A stretch of 60,761 nt of DNA from Clostridia bacterium (lineage in GTDB: Bacteria; Bacillota; Clostridia; Oscillospirales; CAG-272), in the NCBI GenBank assembly GCA_024404505.1, contig JAKSPU010000003.1, positions 1-60,761 of the forward strand. The letters run 5' to 3'. The position numbers and the translations under genes were made by a program. The notes below the pieces were generated by a model. The model was not told where the DNA came from, ran no database searches, and saw only the letters and a list, made by a program, of their open reading frames with translations. Positions 39,186 to 47,259 of the stretch are shown in pieces (the first letter of the stretch is position 1; each line of letters opens with the position of its first letter).

Positions 39186-40160
39186 ATGAAAAATATTACA
39201 TTCAAGAAAAATGACATGATCATCCGTAAGGGCGATGAGTCCAACGGTATGTACCTGATCAAGTCCGGTATCGTCGGCGTGTATTCCGACCTTCCCAAGA
39301 AGGGCCGTACCATGATCTCCATGCTCGGCAAGGGCAAGTTCATCGGTGAGATGGGCGTCATCGATAACGAAAAGAGAAGTGCCGACGTCGTTGCTCTGCA
39401 GGATACCGAAGTGATCGAGATCCCCGCAGAGGACTTCGGTTCCTTTGTCGCCGGGAACACGACGGATGTCATCGCCCTCATGAAGAATCTCTGTGAGCGT
39501 CTTCGCAGCACCAACAAGGACCTCGATAAGGCCGCCCGTACCATCAGCTGCTTCGTTGAGGAGAACGACAATCTGAACACCAAGTCCGTCACCGGCCTGA
39601 AGGGCGCTATCACCTCCGCGCTCAAGTTCCTCGGTATTTCCGGCAAGGAAAAGCAGCCCAAAACCAAGTACGCAGCCGGCGAGGTCATCTTCGAGCAGGG
39701 CGATATCGGCACCACGATGTTCCGTATCCTCGAGGGCGAGGCTTCCGTCGTTGCCGATTACGGCAAGGCCGATCAGGCTGAGCTGGCCGTTCTGAAGAAG
39801 GGTGATATCTTCGGTGAGATGGCCGTGATCGAGGAGGAGAGACGCACCGCGACCGTCATCGCCAAGACCGACCTGACCGTCGACACCGTTGCCAACGGGA
39901 AGCTGAAGTCCTTCCTGACCGCTTATCCCGAGGATGCCGTCAAGATCATGGCGAATATGTCCGCCAAGCTGAGAGCCACCACGCAGAAGTATCTGGAGAC
40001 CCTCGGTTCCATTTCCGAGTTCGTTGCGTCCGAGAGAGATTCCATGGGTATGTATGTCGGCGGCGAGGACTTCATCCAGTATGCCGCCTACTACGATTCG
40101 ATCATGGAATACAGCGCCATCGAGCCCAGCATGGCCTTCTACTCTCACTATAACTTCTGA
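39186..40160 (+). CDS. Stand-alone tandem cyclic-nucleotide-binding (CNB) domain protein
   Basis: Two CNB domains, each with an intact phosphate-binding cassette (IGEMGVIDNEKRSADV; FGEMAVIEEERRTATV). No HTH, TM or enzymatic domain. About 50-aa aromatic-rich C-terminal tail. Confidence 0.85.
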   Translation: MKNITFKKNDMIIRKGDESNGMYLIKSGIVGVYSDLPKKGRTMISMLGKGKFIGEMGVIDNEKRSADVVALQDTEVIEIPAEDFGSFVAGNTTDVIALMKNLCERLRSTNKDLDKAARTISCFVEENDNLNTKSVTGLKGAITSALKFLGISGKEKQPKTKYAAGEVIFEQGDIGTTMFRILEGEASVVADYGKADQAELAVLKKGDIFGEMAVIEEERRTATVIAKTDLTVDTVANGKLKSFLTAYPEDAVKIMANMSAKLRATTQKYLETLGSISEFVASERDSMGMYVGGEDFIQYAAYYDSIMEYSAIEPSMAFYSHYNF

Positions 40161-40168
40161 TCTGCAAC

Positions 40169-40954
40169 ATGATCCTCTTTCAACCCAAGCCATCCGAATA
40201 TGCGGCTGCGGCGGAATACGCCGCAGCCGCCGGACTCGGATTTGAATTGACGGATTTCATGTTCTGCCCGGTCCTTGAGGATACCGACGTCTGCCGGAGG
40301 CTGATCGGGAAGTTCAGAAACGCACCGGTCAGAGCATTGCACGGTCCGTTCGCCGACCTGAATTTTTCCGGAGGCGATCCGGAGATACAGGCCGTTACGG
40401 AAAAGCGCATCGTCCGCTGCTGCGAATGTGCCGCTGAGCTCGGCGTGGAGAAGATCGTGCTGCATTCGTGCTTCTTCCCGCTCATGCCGCCGGGAGATAT
40501 GCTGTATCAGATATGGAGTGAAAACAGCGCCGAAATGCTGACTCGTCTGGCCGAGCGCTTTTCGGTCGTTTTTTGTTTGGAGAATCTGCTCGACATCACG
40601 CCGGATATCCTCGTCGGAATGCTGAAGGCCGCCGGAGGACATCCGCGCATCCGTGCCTGCCTTGACGCCGGACACGCCAATCTCTCCCGCACGTCCCAGA
40701 CGGAATGGAACAGGGCGCTCTCTCCGTGGCTGTCGCACTTCCATCTGAGTGATAACGGAGGGATGTACGACGATCATATCGCGATCGGTGACGGAACCGT
40801 CGAGTGGGATCAGTTCTTTGCCTCACTCGATCCGCGGGGGGGCTCCGTGGATTTCACGCTCGAGGTCACCGGACTCGCGCGGGTGCAGAAATCCGTCGCG
40901 TGGCTGAAGGCAAACGGTTACTATGACCGTTTGGCGGGCTGTGAGAAAGCGTGA
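40169..40954 (+). CDS. Xylose-isomerase-like / AP_endonuc_2 TIM-barrel protein (Endo IV-like metal-ligand pattern)
   Basis: Motifs ALHGP, VLHSC, CLEN, LDAGHAN, HFHLSDN, DDHIAIGDG and TLEV. Starts 8 nt after the CNB gene. Confidence 0.75.
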   Translation: MILFQPKPSEYAAAAEYAAAAGLGFELTDFMFCPVLEDTDVCRRLIGKFRNAPVRALHGPFADLNFSGGDPEIQAVTEKRIVRCCECAAELGVEKIVLHSCFFPLMPPGDMLYQIWSENSAEMLTRLAERFSVVFCLENLLDITPDILVGMLKAAGGHPRIRACLDAGHANLSRTSQTEWNRALSPWLSHFHLSDNGGMYDDHIAIGDGTVEWDQFFASLDPRGGSVDFTLEVTGLARVQKSVAWLKANGYYDRLAGCEKA

Positions 40955-42360
40955 AGCCGATGAATCAGAACGACCATATTTTCAACGAGTCCATCATCCG
41001 CAATATGCGGGAGGGTGTGTTCACCGTAGACAGGACCGGGCATATCACCTCCATGAATCCCTCGGCCATGAAGATCCTGCAGCGCGACGGGACCGTGATC
41101 GGTCAGACCGTCGTCAACGTTTTCTTCGACGGCGAGGGGAACGACGAGTTCTGCGAGGCGATCTTAGCCGCGATCTACCAGAACGCCGAAGCACACAACG
41201 AGATCGTCAATTACCGTGTGCCGGGCGGCGTGAGACAGCTCTTCATGAGCACCTCCTACCTGACGGACGAGCAGACGACCGTAGGACTTACCGTGGTCAT
41301 CAACGATATCACGGAGCTGAACGAGCTGCGTGACGCGGTCAAAGCCATGGAGAAGATCCGCGCCCTCAACGCGGAGCTGGAAAAGCGCAATCAATTCATC
41401 AAGAAGACCTTCGGGCGCTACCTCTCGGACGAGATCGTGTCCACCATTCTGGAAACGCGTGACGGCCTTGATATAGGAGGCAAGAAGCAGGATGTGACCA
41501 TCATGTTCACGGACCTGCGCGGATTCACCGCTCTTTCCGAGAAAATGCTGCCCGCCGACCTGATCTCCATGCTCAACCACTACCTTGAGCGCATGATAGA
41601 GATCATATTTGCCCACAAGGGCACGATCCTTGAATTCATCGGTGACGCGATCGTATGCGTCTTCGGTGCGCCGCTTGAAAGAAGCACGCGCAACTATGAC
41701 GCCGTCGCCTGCGCGATCAGTATGCAGCGGGATATGGAAAACGTCAACGGCTTCAACCGCGAGCATGGGTATCCGTCCATCGAGATGGGCATCGGCATCC
41801 ACAGCGGAGAGGTCGTCCTCGGCAATATCGGCTCCACGCAGAAAACGAAGTACGATATCATAGGCCGCAACGTGAATCTTGCTTCCCGCATAGAAACCTA
41901 CACGGTCGGAGGACAGATACTGATCTCCGACACGGTCAGGCAGGCGCTCGGTACCTCGCTTTCCGTCGGAAAGATCATCGAGATCATGCCCAAGGGCGTC
42001 AGCAGCCCGATCCCCGTTTATGAGGTCCGCGCGCTTGACGACCTGCAGATGCCGGACGAAACCCAGCACTTCCGGGTGATCGACCCGCCCGCCATCCTTG
42101 AATGCTGTCCGATCGACGGCAAGCATATGTCCGCTCACGGCTTCACGGCCGAGCTGCGGGCCCTGTCCGAAAAGCAAATGCTGCTCAGCTTCAAGCCGCC
42201 GATCAGTGACGGCGAGCTGACGCCGAACACGACGGTCTGCATCACGGTGCCCGCGGGCACGGTTTACGCAAAGCTGATCGGCGAGCGGGACGGCCTCCGC
42301 CTGTTCCATATCACGTCCGGAAGCGCCGATGATCTGAAAAGCATACTGACGCAAGGATGA
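40951..42360 (+). CDS. PAS - coiled coil - class III nucleotidyl cyclase with a C-terminal beta-rich domain
   Basis: GTG at 40951 overlaps the upstream TGA (GTGA); an alternative ATG lies at 40960. PAS (FTVDRTGHITSMNPSAMKIL), cyclase core (VTIMFTDLRGFT, EFIGDAIV, GRNVNLASRIE). Confidence 0.85.
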   Translation: MKPMNQNDHIFNESIIRNMREGVFTVDRTGHITSMNPSAMKILQRDGTVIGQTVVNVFFDGEGNDEFCEAILAAIYQNAEAHNEIVNYRVPGGVRQLFMSTSYLTDEQTTVGLTVVINDITELNELRDAVKAMEKIRALNAELEKRNQFIKKTFGRYLSDEIVSTILETRDGLDIGGKKQDVTIMFTDLRGFTALSEKMLPADLISMLNHYLERMIEIIFAHKGTILEFIGDAIVCVFGAPLERSTRNYDAVACAISMQRDMENVNGFNREHGYPSIEMGIGIHSGEVVLGNIGSTQKTKYDIIGRNVNLASRIETYTVGGQILISDTVRQALGTSLSVGKIIEIMPKGVSSPIPVYEVRALDDLQMPDETQHFRVIDPPAILECCPIDGKHMSAHGFTAELRALSEKQMLLSFKPPISDGELTPNTTVCITVPAGTVYAKLIGERDGLRLFHITSGSADDLKSILTQG

Positions 42361-42390
42361 CAGTTCTACCTGCCGAAAGGAGACAGCCCG

Positions 42391-43011
42391 ATGCACATAC
42401 CCAAGCAGAATACCGCCGGTATCGAGGTCCTGCCCTTTGAGGAAGCGCTGACACTGTCCTCCGGACCGCAGACCGGCTACGACGTGGACAAATGGCTGTA
42501 CGTTCCGCCCGTCTACGACGAATACCGGTACATACTCGGCACAAAAGGGAAGCACCCGCTGATCTGTGTGGGCATCAACCCGTCCACCGCCGAGCCGGAT
42601 CACCTTGACCCGACGCTGCAATCCGCCCAGCGGATCGCGCTGCATAACGGTTACGACAGCTTCCTCATGTTCAACGTGTACGCGCAGCGTGCTACCCGCC
42701 CCGACGATATGGAGAAGGAGATGAATCCGTGGATGCACGGGGAGAACCTGAAAGCGTTCGGCCACCTTCTTTCCCTGTGCGGGGAAAAGCCCGCCGTGTG
42801 GGCTGCGTGGGGCGCCATCATCGAGAAGCGGGCCTATCTGCCCGCCTGCATCCGGGATATGCTGAATGTCGGACGGGAGCGGGGCGCCGTCTGGTACCAC
42901 GCGGGACCCGTTTCCAAAGCGGGACACCCGCACCACCCGCTGTATCTCAAAGCGGATACCCTGCTCGAGCCGTTCGATACCGAAGCCTATCTTTCCCGTC
43001 TGACCTATTGA
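42391..43011 (+). CDS. DUF1643 domain protein (UDG-superfamily-like motifs)
   Basis: AAAGGAGA RBS. LICVGINPSTAEPD ... GHPHHPLYL matches my recollection of DUF1643. Confidence 0.65.
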   Translation: MHIPKQNTAGIEVLPFEEALTLSSGPQTGYDVDKWLYVPPVYDEYRYILGTKGKHPLICVGINPSTAEPDHLDPTLQSAQRIALHNGYDSFLMFNVYAQRATRPDDMEKEMNPWMHGENLKAFGHLLSLCGEKPAVWAAWGAIIEKRAYLPACIRDMLNVGRERGAVWYHAGPVSKAGHPHHPLYLKADTLLEPFDTEAYLSRLTY

Positions 43012-43065
43012 TCCCGCATATACTCTGTCCGCACATCCAATTCATATACCGGAAAGGAAACAATC

Positions 43066-46000
43066 ATGAAAAAGCGCAGCTTCAAGTTATTTCTTCTGGC
43101 TGTGGCAGTTCTTCTGACTGCTGCCGTCCTGTTCTCCTGTCATAACGAAGGAGACGACCCGGCAGAATCGGAGACCCTGCCCGGCGTCATCGAGACAGTA
43201 GAATCCGATCAGCCCACCGAGGCCGACACCGAAGCCGAGACGCTCCCGCCCTCGATCTACGCGGTCAGCTTCCCGGCAAAGGATACGCCCGACTATGCGA
43301 AATACCTGACGGAAGCCCGCATCCCCGAGATGCTGAAGAACACCGACTGCGTGGTGGTCGCCGCGGGTGCTTCCACACTTTATCGCAACGACAAGGCCAT
43401 TGACTGCAACGAAGGCATGGCCTACAAGAATGACGGCCTTCTTTACGTCGATGTGAGCGAGATCGCATCCGCGTTCGGCAAGACCGTAGACGTCAGCGGC
43501 GATATGACCGTAAACGAGGCTGCCAACGCGCTCAAATGCTTCGTCATCGACTACGATCATAAGCTGGCCGTGTTCTATTTCGGCAAGACGGACATCGACG
43601 CCTATGACGATATGTATACGCTGGAGGGTCTGTACCTCCGCATGACGGGCGCCGACGAGACCGAGATCGTGAACGCTTTCATAGATCTGCCGTCCGTCAT
43701 CTCCAACGGCTCCACGAATACGCAGTTCTACACCGCCCCTGATCTCAACCTCGGCGTACAGTCCAGCGTGTACTACTCGCAGCTCGGCAACGTCGAAGGT
43801 GTGAGCAACGGTCCCCGCATCGTGGCGGGTGAGGGACGCTGGAACGGCAGCGACACGGTCGGTGCCAACCATACCGTCGTCCGTGTGATGAACGAGCAGC
43901 AGACCGTGACCGCGCAGTTCCTCGCGTTTGATTCCTCCGTGACAGGAGGCGTGCAGGTCGGGGCGGCCAAGGTCGGAAACGAGACTCTGATCGCAGCCTG
44001 CCCGTTTGTAAAGTACGAGGGAACTGACGGCGACGTCCGCGTCTTCGACATCTTCGGCTCACTCCGCATGGACATCGTTCTGCGTGACGTGGTCGAAGGT
44101 CCCTTCACCATCCTGACGGGACGCTTCGACGCTTCGAGAACGGATGAGGTCCTGTTGGTCATGTCCCAGAAGCCCGATGCAAACGGCATGGTCGACATGA
44201 TCCTGATCGACCTCTCTGACGGTTCCGTCATTTCCAAGGATAAGCTCAACTGCTCCTTCGCCAAGGGCGCAGGGGAGGAAGGCTACGGTGAGATGTCCGC
44301 TTCCGTCCGCTTCTCCGTTGACGGCACGGCAGACAGCGTGATCCTGTTCTTCCCGGCAGTACACGCCGTGTACGAGGGCCATCCCGGCAAGGGTGACTTC
44401 GTCAACGCCGGCATCACGCTGCCCGACAACGCAAAGGGCGTCAGCGCCTCCGCCAACATGGGCGAAAAATACATCATCACCCTGTCCGAGACCGAGGACG
44501 CGCTCAACCGCTCCTTCATGACCGTCAGCTACAACGACGGCAGAAAGGACAACATGATGGACGTCGGCTTCCGCGAGAACGTCTTCTACACCGCCTACTA
44601 TTGGCACGAGAGTGACGATTACGTCTGCACCGGCTCCTTCCAGCACATCCGCTGCGACCTTTCCAACGGCGTCATGAACAAGCTGAACAGCTCCAGAACC
44701 GTTGCCGCGATCGACGCCGTGTTCGAGAACGCCAAGTACGATGACTACACCTTCAGCTCCATCAAGCAGTACGTGAATATGCTCAACGACGGCCACGTCT
44801 TCCTTGAGCCGTGCTTCACGCACCGCTGGAACAAGATCAGCGGCACCAACAATCTGCGTGACTACATCGACGAGGATACAGGCACGCACCTGTACGTCTC
44901 CATCGGCAACACCGGTGAGTATACCGACTACCTTGAGCTCGGCTCCTCCTTCAATATCGGCACCTACGCGGACGGTATCCTTGAGCTGGCCAAGCTGCGT
45001 ATCTTCCCGCTGCGCTCCTTCCTGCGCGGCACCGTGTCCGCCTTCCGGGGTGAGAACGGTCATCCCGAGAACCTCGTCGGTGTGTCTCCCGTGCACGAGC
45101 ATGAGATCGACGTTGCCGGCACCGTCGGCGACTACAACGTCCGCATGATCCGCGGCTTCCAGATCTACATGATGGATCTGTACGGCACCGTCGAACATAT
45201 CAACGAGCAGTTCGGCACCGAATTCACCGACGAGTACGAGATCGACCCGCCCCGCAAGCTCGGCCGCGGCGACTGGGATAAATACAGCGGTGATTACTTC
45301 ACGCAGTGGATCATGTATAACCGCTATATCGTCAGCAAGCGCATCATGGAGGCTTACCGTGAGGCCCTGATCGCCGGCTTCCCGCCCGAATCCATCTCCG
45401 CGCACAGCATCCCCGAGGGCGATGCCGTTGCCGGCTTCCTCGGTGAAGCCGATACCCGTATCTCCCCCATCGACATCGTCACCACCTGCGGCACCGCCTA
45501 CGGCGGCACACGTTACGGCACCTTCTACAACGGCAAGACCAACTTCTTCAACGTAGCCAACCGCGCGGGTCAGTGGTCCATCACGCTCGGTGAATACAGC
45601 GCTACCTCCGAGAGCAGCGGCACCGCCTATCAACAGCTGTATTGGCTGTGGTCGCACGGTCTGCGTATGGTCCACTTCATCACCTTCAACGACAATCAGG
45701 CCAAGGCCGAGGAAGCTGCCGTCAAGAAGCTGGGCGAGCTGAATCAGCCGCGTCCCGGTTACACGCACGGCACCACGGACGCCCACGGCGTCACGCAGAA
45801 CGGCAAGACCTACAACATCGTCCAGATCGGCGCCGGCGCCGACAGTGAGACCGAGGGCCTTCTGAAGTCCCTGACCGCCGACGGCAAGTGGGAGGGCACC
45901 GTTTACGTCGTACCGTTCCACGCACATGTCAACGTCTTCGACATCGCCGCGATCCGCACGCCCGTCGAGGGTGACGCGTACACCTACTCCACCGGCAAAC

Positions 46001-46401
46001 TTTCCGATTGCGTCAAGTTCATCAAGAACGCAGACGTCATGGAGCTTACCTTCAAGGCAGCCTACAGCGGCGAGGGCAAGGCATACGCTCATATTTCCGT
46101 CTATAACCACGGCTGTGAGATCCCCGCGGCCGAGACCGTCTACGAGTTGACAAACACGACGACCCCGTACCGCTACGTACTGTTCAACCAGCTGTACTTC
46201 GACGACGTCGAGATCCGCATCACGTTCAGCACCGAGGGCGGCGACAACGCCGGCATCTCCGTGACCGATATGAAGGGAACGATCCAGCAGGATACCGTGT
46301 ATGTCAAGTACTATGACAAGAACCCCAAGTCCTTCAAGAACAGCCTGCCTCATCAGGGCGGCGTGACCTTCGATCTCATCGACCGCGATATGAGAGGCTG
46401 A
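43066..46401 (+). CDS. Large surface lipoprotein, multi-domain (stalk-like N-domain, propeller-like region, glycosidase-like TIM barrel)
   Basis: Signal peptide with lipobox LFSC (MKKRSFKLFLLAVAVLLTAAVLFSC). Copper-amine-oxidase-N-like segment near the N-terminus. The C-terminal half has GH42-like features (SPVHEHE, AHSIPEG). No precise family assigned. Confidence 0.7.
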   Translation: MKKRSFKLFLLAVAVLLTAAVLFSCHNEGDDPAESETLPGVIETVESDQPTEADTEAETLPPSIYAVSFPAKDTPDYAKYLTEARIPEMLKNTDCVVVAAGASTLYRNDKAIDCNEGMAYKNDGLLYVDVSEIASAFGKTVDVSGDMTVNEAANALKCFVIDYDHKLAVFYFGKTDIDAYDDMYTLEGLYLRMTGADETEIVNAFIDLPSVISNGSTNTQFYTAPDLNLGVQSSVYYSQLGNVEGVSNGPRIVAGEGRWNGSDTVGANHTVVRVMNEQQTVTAQFLAFDSSVTGGVQVGAAKVGNETLIAACPFVKYEGTDGDVRVFDIFGSLRMDIVLRDVVEGPFTILTGRFDASRTDEVLLVMSQKPDANGMVDMILIDLSDGSVISKDKLNCSFAKGAGEEGYGEMSASVRFSVDGTADSVILFFPAVHAVYEGHPGKGDFVNAGITLPDNAKGVSASANMGEKYIITLSETEDALNRSFMTVSYNDGRKDNMMDVGFRENVFYTAYYWHESDDYVCTGSFQHIRCDLSNGVMNKLNSSRTVAAIDAVFENAKYDDYTFSSIKQYVNMLNDGHVFLEPCFTHRWNKISGTNNLRDYIDEDTGTHLYVSIGNTGEYTDYLELGSSFNIGTYADGILELAKLRIFPLRSFLRGTVSAFRGENGHPENLVGVSPVHEHEIDVAGTVGDYNVRMIRGFQIYMMDLYGTVEHINEQFGTEFTDEYEIDPPRKLGRGDWDKYSGDYFTQWIMYNRYIVSKRIMEAYREALIAGFPPESISAHSIPEGDAVAGFLGEADTRISPIDIVTTCGTAYGGTRYGTFYNGKTNFFNVANRAGQWSITLGEYSATSESSGTAYQQLYWLWSHGLRMVHFITFNDNQAKAEEAAVKKLGELNQPRPGYTHGTTDAHGVTQNGKTYNIVQIGAGADSETEGLLKSLTADGKWEGTVYVVPFHAHVNVFDIAAIRTPVEGDAYTYSTGKLSDCVKFIKNADVMELTFKAAYSGEGKAYAHISVYNHGCEIPAAETVYELTNTTTPYRYVLFNQLYFDDVEIRITFSTEGGDNAGISVTDMKGTIQQDTVYVKYYDKNPKSFKNSLPHQGGVTFDLIDRDMRG

Positions 46402-46427
46402 CAGACGGAGAGTCTGAAAATCAAAAT

Positions 46428-46457
46428 GAGAGCGGAGCCGTCCCGGCTTCCGCTCTC
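46428..46457 (+). terminator. Strong hairpin after the lipoprotein gene (possible terminator, no U-tract)
   Basis: GAGAGCGGAGCCG-tcc-CGGCtTCCGCTCTC (13 bp, one bulge). Confidence 0.45.
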
Positions 46458-46475
46458 CCGAAGGGAATTTGAAAA

Positions 46476-47204
46476 ATGAGTACCGTTTTCAGAGCAGCGA
46501 CCTATAATATCCAGCACGGAGCCATAGCGGACTTTGATTGGGCAGCCCTTATGCAGCCCGTGAAAAGTGTCCGTGCGGCACTCGTCGGCGTGCAGGAGGT
46601 GGATATGCACACCAAGCGCAGCCGCGATCTTGATTCTGTGGAGGGAATCCGGCTGGCGCTCGGCTGGCCGGAGGGAAGATTCATTCCCTCGATGCCGTAC
46701 AGCGGAGGCCTTTACGGCAACGCCGTTTTTTCCGCGCTGCCGCTTGAAGCTTTTGAGGTCGCTGCTTTGGTAAACCGTCCGGGTCAGGAGCCGCGCTCCT
46801 GCGGTCACGCCGTTCTCCGCATGGATAACGGGAAAAGGCTGCATTTCCTTACCGCGCACCTCGCATATGAAAATGCTGCCTCCAGAAAGCCGCAGTTTGA
46901 GCAGCTTCGCGCCATTCTTGACGCCATTCCCGGGGACGAAGCCTTTATCCTGACCGGCGACTTCAATACGGAACGTGAGGAAGAATTCCTTCCGCTGTTC
47001 AACGGTCGTGCCGCTCTCGCCAACACGCTTTCCGAGGAAAGATCCGCGTCCGATCCCCATTACCGCACCTTCCCGGGTACGGGGCACGCCATCGACAACC
47101 TTGTCTACGATGTCCGAAATCTGAAAATGACAGCTGTCGGCATGAAACTGGATTGCCTTTCGGATCATAATATGCTCTGGGCGGAATTCGCATACCGCGA
47201 CTGA
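46476..47204 (+). CDS. Endonuclease/exonuclease/phosphatase (EEP) family protein
   Basis: YNIQHG, VGVQEV, LTGDFN and SDHNMLWAEF motifs; no signal peptide. Confidence 0.85.
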   Translation: MSTVFRAATYNIQHGAIADFDWAALMQPVKSVRAALVGVQEVDMHTKRSRDLDSVEGIRLALGWPEGRFIPSMPYSGGLYGNAVFSALPLEAFEVAALVNRPGQEPRSCGHAVLRMDNGKRLHFLTAHLAYENAASRKPQFEQLRAILDAIPGDEAFILTGDFNTEREEEFLPLFNGRAALANTLSEERSASDPHYRTFPGTGHAIDNLVYDVRNLKMTAVGMKLDCLSDHNMLWAEFAYRD

Positions 47205-47224
47205 CAAGAAACAAACAACAAACT

Positions 47225-47259
47225 CAAACAGGCACCCGCGTCGCGCGGGTGCCTGTTTG
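47225..47259. terminator. Bidirectional intrinsic terminator
   Basis: CAAACAGGCACCCGCG-tcg-CGCGGGTGCCTGTTTG between convergent stops (47204 + and 47260 -). Confidence 0.85.

Noticed and set aside
39186-42360. Classifying the CNB + cyclase genes as a Pycsar or CBASS defence system.
   Set aside because: The CNB protein lacks the TM/TIR or other killing domains of Pycsar effectors. The cyclase carries a PAS sensor typical of physiological signalling. There is no CD-NTase, SAVED, Cap2/3 or similar gene. Base composition looks native, and the flanks are housekeeping genes. The analogy is kept only as a hypothesis in the findings.
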